A DNA stretch of 64,000 nucleotides from a virus (IMGVR_UViG_3300032092_000004:89131-153130); one strand, 5' to 3'; positions 37,511 through 47,218 are shown, counted from the stretch's first letter. Notes: a model not told the origin generated them from the letters alone. Numbers and translations are program-made.

Positions 37511-39159
37511 GAATAAACATTTTAATATCTTTGTTATTTGTCTTATTTAGTTTTTTCAATCTAAACGCACAGACTTATAACTATTCTTACACCGATCCTT
37601 GTACAGGAAATGTAAAAAATATCATAGTCCCCATCAATGGTTCAGTCACGGTGGGGTACTATGGTTTTGTCGAGAACTTTACTCAACAACAATTTACCGA
37701 TGGAACTTTTGAAACTTGGACTAACCAAGTTTTTTCGCAATATCAAGGATCTCCTTGTTCAGAAATAGTAGGACTTGGTGGTCAGATAAACATGGCTCAA
37801 GATGTTGCTTTAAATACAATAGGTATTATCAATTCACTATCGTCTTTAATGGACATATCAAATGGGGCAACAGATTTTCTTAGCGGTAGTTTAACCGCAG
37901 CATCTAACTCTTCTAATACCAATAATTCAGGTAATAAGAAGAATGGGAATAGTTCCCAAAATAATGGAAGTGGAAATAATAATAACGTTACAACAACAAA
38001 TACTAATAACTCCACAACCAATAACAATCAAAACCAAAATAATGGAACAAGTAACACTACTGAAGGAAGTCAAACCACTTCTGGAACAAATGAAACAAGT
38101 TCAAACAACGGAGGAAATGGAACCGCTAATACAAATGTTGGAACTCAAGGTACAACATCAACAGGAGGCTCTACAACTCAAAGTGGATCAAATGAAAATG
38201 GAAATTCACAGGCTGTGTCGCCTATAAACAATCAAAACACTAATACGAATGAAAACAATAGCAATACTACTGTCGGTAGCAATACTGGGGAGTCTAGTGG
38301 GAATGGGACTAGTGGGAATGGTGAAGGAAATAATCAAACGAACCAAGAAGTAACGACTAATGGTTCTAACGGTAATGGTAATTCTGGTGTTGGGAATAAT
38401 AATGAAAACCCACCTAGTGGTGAGGAAACTACAACCCAAACAGAAGAACAAGGTGGTGGACAAACCAACGTTACACAAGGAGCAACAAAAACAGTAAATC
38501 AGAATAGGGAAGGTGGAAAACCCACAGTCATCGCGTCAAGTGACTTTGTGGGTTTTAACTTTCAAAACTCTGAAGTTAAAACAGGATTGAAATTAACAGG
38601 AGGATATCATAACCTGCGTTGGGATGGTGAAACTGCTCGTGGTGGTTTAGTTGATTACGTGTCAGCACAAAAGGGGCCAAACATGACAGGATATCACGCA
38701 TGGATCAACAAAAAAAGTGTTGGACTTTTATCGGGAACTTTATCTTTAGGATTTGAAGGTAGGGGATCTGTCTATGGAACTTTAGCGGGTGGACAAATGT
38801 TCATGTTCCCAAAGATCCCAAGTCTTAAAGCGGTTTATATGGGAACAGTATCATACGGACAAGTTTATAAAACATCATTTTTAGGAACGGCTTTAATTGC
38901 TGGTGGAATGTATGACTTGAAGTTTGGTAAAAGAATAGATGTAAAGTTAATGACTTTATTTGTCTATTCACCATATGTAAGTTACTATAACGATTTAGTA
39001 TTAAAATCTCCTTATGTGATTCTACCAAGTTTGGGTACAAACATCGCAATTACAAAAAGATTTAAATTTAATATAAATGCAGGAGGTGCGTGGGCAATCA
39101 AGGTAAACACTTTAAATTATACAATAACATGTGGAACAAGATTATTAGTTGGACAATAG
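37507..39159 (+). CDS. Secreted protein with N/T/G-rich linker and C-terminal beta-barrel-like region
   Basis: Signal peptide LNA|Q; ~200-aa low-complexity middle; amphipathic strands at the C-terminus. Confidence 0.65.
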   Translation: MRINILISLLFVLFSFFNLNAQTYNYSYTDPCTGNVKNIIVPINGSVTVGYYGFVENFTQQQFTDGTFETWTNQVFSQYQGSPCSEIVGLGGQINMAQDVALNTIGIINSLSSLMDISNGATDFLSGSLTAASNSSNTNNSGNKKNGNSSQNNGSGNNNNVTTTNTNNSTTNNNQNQNNGTSNTTEGSQTTSGTNETSSNNGGNGTANTNVGTQGTTSTGGSTTQSGSNENGNSQAVSPINNQNTNTNENNSNTTVGSNTGESSGNGTSGNGEGNNQTNQEVTTNGSNGNGNSGVGNNNENPPSGEETTTQTEEQGGGQTNVTQGATKTVNQNREGGKPTVIASSDFVGFNFQNSEVKTGLKLTGGYHNLRWDGETARGGLVDYVSAQKGPNMTGYHAWINKKSVGLLSGTLSLGFEGRGSVYGTLAGGQMFMFPKIPSLKAVYMGTVSYGQVYKTSFLGTALIAGGMYDLKFGKRIDVKLMTLFVYSPYVSYYNDLVLKSPYVILPSLGTNIAITKRFKFNINAGGAWAIKVNTLNYTITCGTRLLVGQ

Positions 39160-40127
39160 TATTATTTTGTGTATTCTCACTAAACGCACAAACTTTTACA
39201 TATTCAGGTTACATAAGAAATGCTGATGGTACTGGAGCCGTTAACGTACCAGTAAAATTATACAAAAGAACGACACCTGTAATGAATGGGTTCACATCTC
39301 AAAATAATTACAACGGTCATTCTTATTATAGATCTACAGGATCTATGTTTTGGAATGACGCTAAACAAGCTTGTTTGAATATGGGAGGACACTTAGTTAC
39401 GGTAACAACCGCGGCAGAAAACTCTTTTATATTTGGTTTATGGCCTTCAGGTTGGATTGGATTAACTGATGAAGTAATAGAAGGTCAATGGAGATGGGTT
39501 ACAAATGAAACTTATTCATACACATCTTGGAATGGAGGCGAACCAAACAATGCGGGAAATGAAGATTACGTACAATTCGTGGGAGGGGGTAGATGGAATG
39601 ACTTACCAAACGGAGTTTCACTACCATATGTTTTAGAGTTTGAATACATAGTCACATACACACCATGGGTATTACATCAAACAGTCTACACAAATGCTTC
39701 AGGATATTATAGTTTTTCACAACCAACAAACCCATCAGTTGAATGGTATATTCAATACGACGCACCAACACCTGTTACTACATTACAGCTAACGGATATG
39801 ATCGAGGTTTCAAAGTTAGTTTTAGGGACTACATTAATTAAAAGTATTCACTACCATAGATATGATGTTAACTATGATGGTAGAATAAATGTCGCCGATG
39901 AGAATTACATTAATTTAAGAAGATTTGGGTTTTTAAATGGTTGGGTAAATACAACTCCCGCTCGATATTATACAACTGCACAATACACAACATTAACAAC
40001 AAACACAACAGATATGAGAATAGCAATTCCTGGTGTGTCATCTATAACAATAAACTCACCTGTAAGTGGGGGATCACAAAACTATTACTTGATTGCTTCC
40101 GGGTATAAATCAACAGTTAATTATTAA
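39129..40127 (+). CDS. Secreted C-type lectin domain protein with dockerin-like repeat
   Basis: LNA|Q; WIGLTD, GEPNN, EDY, WNDL; YDVNYDGRINVAD. Confidence 0.82.
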   Translation: MWNKIISWTIVLFCVFSLNAQTFTYSGYIRNADGTGAVNVPVKLYKRTTPVMNGFTSQNNYNGHSYYRSTGSMFWNDAKQACLNMGGHLVTVTTAAENSFIFGLWPSGWIGLTDEVIEGQWRWVTNETYSYTSWNGGEPNNAGNEDYVQFVGGGRWNDLPNGVSLPYVLEFEYIVTYTPWVLHQTVYTNASGYYSFSQPTNPSVEWYIQYDAPTPVTTLQLTDMIEVSKLVLGTTLIKSIHYHRYDVNYDGRINVADENYINLRRFGFLNGWVNTTPARYYTTAQYTTLTTNTTDMRIAIPGVSSITINSPVSGGSQNYYLIASGYKSTVNY

Positions 40128-40579
40128 TGAAAAATATAATCTTACTACTTGGTATGTTACTACTTGGTAACCTCGCAATGGCTCAACAATGTGTTTATGT
40201 TGATTCAGTTTACAACACAGCTAAATTAAAAGAGATGGGAAACAGAGACATTCGTTTTGGTATTAGACAAATTGTTGAAGACGAACTATCTGAAAAGTTC
40301 TGTTTATCTGAAGATGGAAAAGATATTGATGTTGAAGTATATTACTTTGGATTACCAAAGACAACGATCAGAATTGTTGGTGTTGAAAAAACAGAATCAG
40401 TTACACAGGTTGGTGTAAGACTATATTATGATGGTAAATGTTATGAAGGTATTGGAGAATCTGAAACTGAGATCAGAGCAATAATGATTGAAGTAAAAGA
40501 GGGGATGTTACCTTTTGAAAAAATGACTGTATCATCAGCACTTAAGAAGGCTATACACGAAGCTGTTATCAAAATATGA
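40127..40579 (+). CDS. Secreted protein, possible small CsgG-like fold
   Basis: AMA|Q signal; C-terminus (GIGESE...FEKMTVSSALKKA) parallels 36770 (GLGEAV...FNQSTVGISTKKA). Confidence 0.55.
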   Translation: MKNIILLLGMLLLGNLAMAQQCVYVDSVYNTAKLKEMGNRDIRFGIRQIVEDELSEKFCLSEDGKDIDVEVYYFGLPKTTIRIVGVEKTESVTQVGVRLYYDGKCYEGIGESETEIRAIMIEVKEGMLPFEKMTVSSALKKAIHEAVIKI

Positions 40580-41028
40580 AAATATGGCAACTTTTGATAT
40601 TATTAATGTTTTGGTCATCATCTTTCTCGCAAATCCGTATTGCGGATGTTGGAGATGGTTGGAAAAATAAAGTAGAACAGGCTTTAGATACCATAAAGAA
40701 ATACGATATTCATAAGTATTATCTGATTATGGAGAACTGTTCTAATGTTGCATATTGGAACGGAGGGTTTTCAACAACAGAGGGAGATAGTACAATTACC
40801 ATTTCAACAAGAGAAATGAAAGATGGAAATATCTATAACATTTCTGTAATACTTGTTCACGAATCTTTACATTTATTCTTCAAAAGATCCAACTTCAACT
40901 TTAAACCAAATCTTGAAGAAGTGGTATGTTATCAACATGAGTTGGAGTTTTTAGAAAAAATACCTTGTGTTGATGATTGGTTAATAGAAAACGCCAAAAA
41001 CAAAATCAAATTTTATTCAAAACCATAG
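40576..41028 (+). CDS. Secreted HExxH metallopeptidase-like protein
   Basis: SFS|Q signal; LVHESLH...EE. Confidence 0.6.
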   Translation: MKIWQLLILLMFWSSSFSQIRIADVGDGWKNKVEQALDTIKKYDIHKYYLIMENCSNVAYWNGGFSTTEGDSTITISTREMKDGNIYNISVILVHESLHLFFKRSNFNFKPNLEEVVCYQHELEFLEKIPCVDDWLIENAKNKIKFYSKP

Positions 41029-41063
41029 TTGATTTCACAACACAAATCATTTATTTTTTAGGT

Positions 41064-41357
41064 ATGAAAAAACTTAAAATAGATCCAAACAAAATTATTA
41101 AAGTAAAACCAAGAATGATCAAAGAAGGTTCTGATGTTGCTCCATTATTTACAATTATACTTGGATTTTTACTTGGTATCGTTTTTATGTCTTTAGTGTC
41201 CTGTGAAGAACAAAAATCACAAAAAGAAATCCCAACAGAAATTACAAATGTAACTGAATACACTTACCAAGAGTGTGAATACATCAAGGTAGGAATTGGC
41301 ACTCGTGCTTGGGGAACACATAAAGGAAATTGTAAAAACCCAATCCACAAAAAATGA
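41064..41357 (+). CDS. Membrane protein or lipoprotein
   Basis: TM segment ending LVSC; HKGNCKNPIH tail. Confidence 0.55.
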   Translation: MKKLKIDPNKIIKVKPRMIKEGSDVAPLFTIILGFLLGIVFMSLVSCEEQKSQKEIPTEITNVTEYTYQECEYIKVGIGTRAWGTHKGNCKNPIHKK

Positions 41358-41677
41358 CAGATCAAGAAATACTTAAGTTCGGAGAGATTCAATATCTTAA
41401 AGGAAGATTGGATGAATTATATAAAGCGATCCCAACCATAACCAATATGGAAAGAAGACGAAAAATAGATCAACGAATTGAAAAATATATTACTAAATTG
41501 AAGAAAGTTGATGAGGTTGCATATAAATTATACGAGGTTCAATTAAACGCAACACACAGAGTTAAAGTTAAAGGAAAATTAGAAACTGAAAATTTACTAA
41601 AAGAAATTTTGGCAACTGAAAGTATTACAGATGAAATTCTGATTAAAAAAATCAAAGACAAAATTGAGACTTTATAA
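41354..41677 (+). CDS. Hypothetical protein
   Basis: 107-aa ORF. Confidence 0.6.
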   Translation: MTDQEILKFGEIQYLKGRLDELYKAIPTITNMERRRKIDQRIEKYITKLKKVDEVAYKLYEVQLNATHRVKVKGKLETENLLKEILATESITDEILIKKIKDKIETL

Positions 41678-42051
41678 TGTCAAACAAACCTGATAATGTT
41701 TCCGACAACCCTGGTTTACTTCCTTATGGTAGTAATGTTGGGGCACCTGCAATTCAAGTAACAAATATTGAAAATTGGAAAGAACCAAGAGTTTTGAATG
41801 TTAACAAACAATTTGAAGATAAGTTCGAACAATTAAAAAAAGAATATCAAAAACTTATTGACGAATATAAATGGAATGACTTGGTCTATAAATCAAAATT
41901 TAGTTTTGAACCAGTGATCGGAAAAATTTATCACCTATATTATGCGAATGATGGAAAAATATTTCTATCTTTGATATCACCAAGTGAATGGAACCGAGAA
42001 CATATCGGTTCGTTCAAATATAACCACGATAATAAATGGATTAAGATATGA
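41677..42051 (+). CDS. DUF2452-like protein
   Basis: LPYGSNVGAP...FEPVIGKIYHLY...LSLISPSEW. Confidence 0.7.
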   Translation: MSNKPDNVSDNPGLLPYGSNVGAPAIQVTNIENWKEPRVLNVNKQFEDKFEQLKKEYQKLIDEYKWNDLVYKSKFSFEPVIGKIYHLYYANDGKIFLSLISPSEWNREHIGSFKYNHDNKWIKI

Positions 42052-42740
42052 TACTTACAATACTTTCTGATACACACAACAAACACAATCATGTCAAAGG
42101 TGACTTGAAAGGTGGTGATTTGTTATTACATGCTGGTGACATTTCCTCTATGGGTTATGAACACGAGATCGTACAATTTACTTCTTGGTTTAGTAGACTT
42201 GATGCGTACAAACACAAAGTATTCATTGCTGGTAACCACGATTGGGGTTTTCAAAATAATGTTGAGAAAGTTAAAGAGATAGTTGATTTTTATCCTACTA
42301 TGACTTATCTACAAGACCAACTACATACCATTCAAGATGATAATGGGACTGAAGTTAAAATTTGGGGTAGTCCTTGGCAACCTGAGTTCTACAATTGGGC
42401 ATTTAACTTACCACGAAATGGTGAAGAGTTAAAAGCTGTATGGGATATGATACCTGAAGATATTGATATCTTAATTACTCACGGTCCAGCTTGGGGTATT
42501 TTGGATGATGTTGAAGGTAACCGCAATGTTCATTTGGGTTGTGAATTACTTGCGGAGCGAATCAAACAAATCAAACCAAAGATCCATATCTGTGGACACA
42601 TCCACACTGGCTACGGACACTACTACGACGGACATACACACTACTTCAATGCTGCTATGTTGAATGAGCGATACCTATATTCACATTTACCTTGGCACAT
42701 TGATTGGAACCCAATAACAAATGAAATTAAATTTTTGTAA
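42048..42740 (+). CDS. Metallophosphoesterase (MPPED-like)
   Basis: SDTH, HAGD, AGNHD, ITHGP, CGHIH. Confidence 0.88.
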   Translation: MILTILSDTHNKHNHVKGDLKGGDLLLHAGDISSMGYEHEIVQFTSWFSRLDAYKHKVFIAGNHDWGFQNNVEKVKEIVDFYPTMTYLQDQLHTIQDDNGTEVKIWGSPWQPEFYNWAFNLPRNGEELKAVWDMIPEDIDILITHGPAWGILDDVEGNRNVHLGCELLAERIKQIKPKIHICGHIHTGYGHYYDGHTHYFNAAMLNERYLYSHLPWHIDWNPITNEIKFL

Positions 42741-43237
42741 TGGAGAAAGCACATTTTATTGAGAACAGAGTTTTCAGAGACATACGAGGAACATTTAGCC
42801 CATTAGATCTTACTAAGTTAGATAAGAATTGGTTACAGAGTAATATTAGCGTAAACCCCCGTAAATACACACTTCGGGGGTTACATTTCCAAAAGAATGA
42901 ATATGCTCAAGCCAAACTAATTAAGGTCATTTCAGGAAAAATATTGGACTTCGTTATTGATATGAGAACTGTGTCTGAAGATTACAATAAAGTATTTTTC
43001 TTTGAAATGGATGAAGGTGATGAGGTGTATGTCCCAAGATACTTTGCTCACGGATTTATAACAACCGAGGAAGACTCGGTAGTTCAATATTTGGTTGATA
43101 ATGATTATAGTCCTGATAACGAAGGAGTTAAAGTTTGGACTGATTATCCTGAGATTGAAAGAAAAATAAAAGAGTTAGATCCATTCTTTGGAAAAGAACT
43201 TGTAATCATACATGATAAAGATTTAATTGAAAAATAA
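42740..43237 (+). CDS. rfbC: dTDP-4-dehydrorhamnose 3,5-epimerase
   Basis: D.RG.F, LRGLHFQ, QAKL, FAHGF. Confidence 0.9.
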   Translation: MEKAHFIENRVFRDIRGTFSPLDLTKLDKNWLQSNISVNPRKYTLRGLHFQKNEYAQAKLIKVISGKILDFVIDMRTVSEDYNKVFFFEMDEGDEVYVPRYFAHGFITTEEDSVVQYLVDNDYSPDNEGVKVWTDYPEIERKIKELDPFFGKELVIIHDKDLIEK

Positions 43238-43270
43238 AAACTTGATGATATTTATAATAAAAAATATATT

Positions 43271-43765
43271 ATGGATAAGTTTGATTTAAGTGAAAAATTG
43301 AAAGAAGAACTAAAGAAAAGAAATCTTTGGGAACAAGAGGACGATGAAGATGATCAAGAAGAAAATGATGATCAAGATAATGACTCTTCGTCAAGTAATA
43401 ATGAGGACTTCTGTGAAATGGTTTGTCAATTATTACACTCACAAACTCAAGTTCATATATTCCATTTAGGTACTAAATCATATTCTGAACACAAAGCTTT
43501 ACAAGGTTATTATGAAGGAATTGATGCACTTGTTGATGGTATCATCGAATCTTATCAAGGTAAATACGGTCTTTTAACAAACTACAAATCATACAAGAAT
43601 CAGTCTTATAAAAACAAAAACCAAGTATTGAAATACTTTACAGGTTTGTTGAATATGATTGAAGAAAAAAGAGATTGTTGTGATGATTCTTACATCCAAA
43701 ATCAAATTGATACAGTACAGGAGTTGGCTTACTCAACTATGTATAAGTTGAAATTCTTACAGTAA
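43271..43765 (+). CDS. Ferritin/Dps-like four-helix protein with acidic N-terminal extension
   Basis: HIFHL...EHKALQGYYE...D..IESYQG...YKLKFL. Confidence 0.7.
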   Translation: MDKFDLSEKLKEELKKRNLWEQEDDEDDQEENDDQDNDSSSSNNEDFCEMVCQLLHSQTQVHIFHLGTKSYSEHKALQGYYEGIDALVDGIIESYQGKYGLLTNYKSYKNQSYKNKNQVLKYFTGLLNMIEEKRDCCDDSYIQNQIDTVQELAYSTMYKLKFLQ

Positions 43766-44590
43766 TAATTTACCACCAAAGAATACAAAGTTATTATCAT
43801 TTAGTTCATCTATTTGATTATCTACATTCCAATCATATTTGATGTCTTCCATGCTGTAAGTTTCTCTAAAGTTCCTCTCTCTTAAGGAAGGTTGTTTGAG
43901 TACGACTGAATTATAATAACGCCCCTCAAAAGGAATGTCATCATCCATATCACCAAGTTTATTTATGGTATATACTTTATCGTAGAATTCATCATAACCC
44001 ATTACATCTGTTTCTACATTTCCACGACCATCGCAATTATTACAATCAAATTCTCCGTCGCCATCACAACTGTAACACATCTCATCACCTCTACCATCAC
44101 ATTCATTACAAATTTCATTACCACTTCCATCACATTCACCACAAGCATCGCCTTCATCATCCTCACCTGTACCATCACAAGCAGAACAATCTTCTTTACC
44201 ATCACCATCACATGACCTACAGATTACATTACCTTCACCATCACAATTATCACAAGCTTCTTTACCACTCCCATCACATGACGAACAATCCTCCTCTAAA
44301 TAACCGCTTTGTTCATATACAAAGAACTGATAACCTTTAAGATTTTCTAAAACATACTTTACTGATTTTGCAGCATCACCTGTTATGTGATAGTAATAGA
44401 TTGAAAAAAATAAGTACATTTCTTCAGATCCATTTAATTTGGAAAGATACAGACTTAAAAAATCATCTCCGTTGATTTCGTATTTAATATCTGAAACAGT
44501 ATTAAAAATTTTAGGATTAGAAGAATCTTCTAAAGACTTATGTATTTGTTTTGTAAATTTTACGAGTAAAGGAATTTTATTTGGATCCAT
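43757..44590 (-). CDS. Protein with eight DnaJ-type CxxCxGxG zinc-finger motifs
   Basis: CSSCDGSG ... CNNCDGRG; no J domain. Confidence 0.8.
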   Translation of the reverse strand: MDPNKIPLLVKFTKQIHKSLEDSSNPKIFNTVSDIKYEINGDDFLSLYLSKLNGSEEMYLFFSIYYYHITGDAAKSVKYVLENLKGYQFFVYEQSGYLEEDCSSCDGSGKEACDNCDGEGNVICRSCDGDGKEDCSACDGTGEDDEGDACGECDGSGNEICNECDGRGDEMCYSCDGDGEFDCNNCDGRGNVETDVMGYDEFYDKVYTINKLGDMDDDIPFEGRYYNSVVLKQPSLRERNFRETYSMEDIKYDWNVDNQIDELNDNNFVFFGGKLLL

Positions 44591-44665
44591 TATGAATTTC
44601 TTTTTTCAAATAAATAGTTTATTTTTAGTAATGATACAGAAAAAAAATTTCAATTAAACAATAGT

Positions 44666-45019
44666 ATGGCACATCCAATATTACATGCAAAGAGTTCAGC
44701 CAAAAAGTTTGGTGGAAAATGGGAAGATTACATTCACATTCATAACTGGTTAGATGAGACCAAAGGATGGTATGGGCATTCTTTACATAGAGCATTTAGA
44801 CATCATTCAGAAGGTATATTTGAACTTCAAGAGAAGTTTGGTCCTGAGTTTAAAAACAGTGATGGAAAAACAGTATACACTAGATATATTGGTGAACAAC
44901 ATGTTAAGGAAGATTGTGATGGTCATATTCCTTCTGCGTCTGAATGGATGAAGATATTGATGTCTGGTGAAAGACCAACATGGGCAACTCGAACAAAAAA
45001 GTTAGAGTTTGAAGATTAA
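44666..45019 (+). CDS. DUF6915-like protein
   Basis: MAHP..HA.SS...FGG, HRAFRHHSEG, EQHVKED. Confidence 0.7.
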   Translation: MAHPILHAKSSAKKFGGKWEDYIHIHNWLDETKGWYGHSLHRAFRHHSEGIFELQEKFGPEFKNSDGKTVYTRYIGEQHVKEDCDGHIPSASEWMKILMSGERPTWATRTKKLEFED

Positions 45020-45042
45020 AAGTATTTATTAGAAAATATCAT

Positions 45043-45774
45043 ATGGAACTTACAGAAAAACAAATACAAGATTTAAAAAAGTATTCAAAGTTATTGAATT
45101 CATTAAACATGGAGGATGGTGTGACTTGGTATTACCAATGCTATGACGGTGAATTTGAAAGTTTGTATGGTCCTGTACATGGCGGTAGAAATGTTAGTGA
45201 TGAATTATCATTTTTACCTGGATCAATTGAAGAGATTTTTGAAACTATCAGAGATAATTTTGACACAGGTAATTTTTATAATGATTACTATGATAATGAA
45301 AACGGTTCTTTAACTTTCACTATAAATGTTGAAAGAAATGAAATGGATGTGATGTATGATTACTACACAGTTAATACCGAAGAAAGTCATATTGAAAAAG
45401 ATTTTTCTTTTTTTTCTGACATGACACCAGGGTGGAGAGGAGATGATAGAGAAGCAAAAAAACTATCAGATCCTGCAATTGTTGAACAATTAAAATCTGT
45501 TTATGGTGAATCTTGTAGTTGTACTTATGATGGTAGCGGTGATAGTGGATGGATTAATGATGAGGTTAGATGCTCAAAAGGTAGATTAAAATTGAACGAA
45601 CAACTAGAGCGTATTTGTTATGACTTACTTGACTTATATTACGGAGGATGGGAAATAAATGAAGGATCCAACGGATCTATTGATTTAAATTTTGAAGATC
45701 AAACAGTAGAATTGAGTCACAATCAGAATGTAGAAGAAAACGTTGATGAACATTATATGACTTTAGAATTTTAA
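45043..45774 (+). CDS. DUF6878-like acidic protein
   Basis: YDGSGDSG...GWEINEGS.G. Confidence 0.55.
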   Translation: MELTEKQIQDLKKYSKLLNSLNMEDGVTWYYQCYDGEFESLYGPVHGGRNVSDELSFLPGSIEEIFETIRDNFDTGNFYNDYYDNENGSLTFTINVERNEMDVMYDYYTVNTEESHIEKDFSFFSDMTPGWRGDDREAKKLSDPAIVEQLKSVYGESCSCTYDGSGDSGWINDEVRCSKGRLKLNEQLERICYDLLDLYYGGWEINEGSNGSIDLNFEDQTVELSHNQNVEENVDEHYMTLEF

Positions 45775-45776
45775 TA

Positions 45777-46625
45777 ATGGATAAATTAATTAGAGAAGAT
45801 ATTGAAAGAATAAAAAGTCTGATGCTTGAGTCGGAAGGTAAGAATGAGTACAATTTTTGTGATAGGTTTTCAGGTAACAAACAAAAAATGTATGTGTGTA
45901 GTAAAATTGGTTCATTAAAAGGACTTCTTTCAAAAAGTAACGGTCTTGATTTAAGAAATGTTATTGATAAAAAAATTAAAGATTTAGAAACAGAAATTCC
46001 TCAAGTTTTACAAGATAAATTTATTGATTGTGCGATTTTTTTGGAATCACTTGGAAAAATAACTGAGGAAGAAAAAAATAATTTTATAGAAAATAAAGTA
46101 AAAAATAACAAATTGGTTTACTTAAATGGTGAATGGCAACCAATAAATAAGTTGAACACAAATTATTTTGATTTGGCAGAATTATTAACTGAACTGATCT
46201 ATAAAAATAAAAACAATATTACATTCCAAGCAATTATCAAAGATCCTAAAACCACTTTAATGAGGATGAAATCAGAGTTAGAGAAAATGATTGAAGATTA
46301 TTTTGACGATCCTATGATGTTATTTGATTACACCAAAAACATCCAACGAACAACTCAACAGGGTGAAAGTGCCGAAAGAAGAGTTAAAGAATATTTACAA
46401 GACAAAGGATTCAAAGTTGAATATGAAGGTGGAAATGGTGATTTAATTGACATGGTATTTGGAACCGATCTTATTATGTCTCATCCTGATTTTGGAGTTA
46501 AAACAATCCAAGTTAAGGCGAATGAAAAGGCTTATGATCAAGATTACAAATATGTTGATTGGGTGATAATTGCAAACCCTTTCACTATTTATGATAATAA
46601 AACAAAAGAGAAAGTTCAATTATGA
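45777..46625 (+). CDS. Tagged protein with C-terminal PD-(D/E)xK nuclease-like domain
   Basis: GESAE...D..FGTDL...IQVK. Confidence 0.55.
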   Translation: MDKLIREDIERIKSLMLESEGKNEYNFCDRFSGNKQKMYVCSKIGSLKGLLSKSNGLDLRNVIDKKIKDLETEIPQVLQDKFIDCAIFLESLGKITEEEKNNFIENKVKNNKLVYLNGEWQPINKLNTNYFDLAELLTELIYKNKNNITFQAIIKDPKTTLMRMKSELEKMIEDYFDDPMMLFDYTKNIQRTTQQGESAERRVKEYLQDKGFKVEYEGGNGDLIDMVFGTDLIMSHPDFGVKTIQVKANEKAYDQDYKYVDWVIIANPFTIYDNKTKEKVQL

Positions 46626-47218
46626 TGACAACAGGTCAAATATGGATTACGAGAAGATTGGATGATATAATCGGAACTGTTGAAGAAGCTGCTGGTGATA
46701 TTGACACTGCTGATTACCCAAATTTCCAATCTTGGATGATGGATGTATTTGATAGTGCGTTGAATAGATTACATGACGAAAGTTATCAATCAGAAAGTAA
46801 TTTTTTAGACAAATATAGTGGTATTTTATCTGCTATGGAAGACATGTTTAAAGATCAATTGGAGGATTTTTATTTATCAGAAAAAGATAATGATGTAATA
46901 AATGAAAGTTCAGAAATACCTATTAGATTACTCAGACGAGGAGTAGAATTAGAAAAGATTGGTGATATAGTAGAATACCAAACAGAGATCAACGATCCTT
47001 GTGATTTTGAGGATGAGGAAGACTATTCTGACTTTTGTATTTTACAGGGAATTCATTTTTATTACTGTGATGAAGGATATTGTGATGAAGATGAAGATAC
47101 TGAAGATTATGAAGGACCATCACCAGCAATGGTAGAAGTAAGAGATGAGGTTGAACAATATATATATGATAAATACTATGACTATTTAGTTGGTCTTTAT
47201 AATGACTCAAATTGTTAA
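46622..47218 (+). CDS. Hypothetical acidic protein
   Basis: 198-aa ORF. Confidence 0.65.
   Translation: MMTTGQIWITRRLDDIIGTVEEAAGDIDTADYPNFQSWMMDVFDSALNRLHDESYQSESNFLDKYSGILSAMEDMFKDQLEDFYLSEKDNDVINESSEIPIRLLRRGVELEKIGDIVEYQTEINDPCDFEDEEDYSDFCILQGIHFYYCDEGYCDEDEDTEDYEGPSPAMVEVRDEVEQYIYDKYYDYLVGLYNDSNC

Noticed and set aside
34187-41028. Bacterial contamination or misassembly explaining the secreted-protein operon
   Set aside because: Flanks are continuous with phage-type genes and show the same dense packing and AT-rich style; cannot be fully excluded without read data
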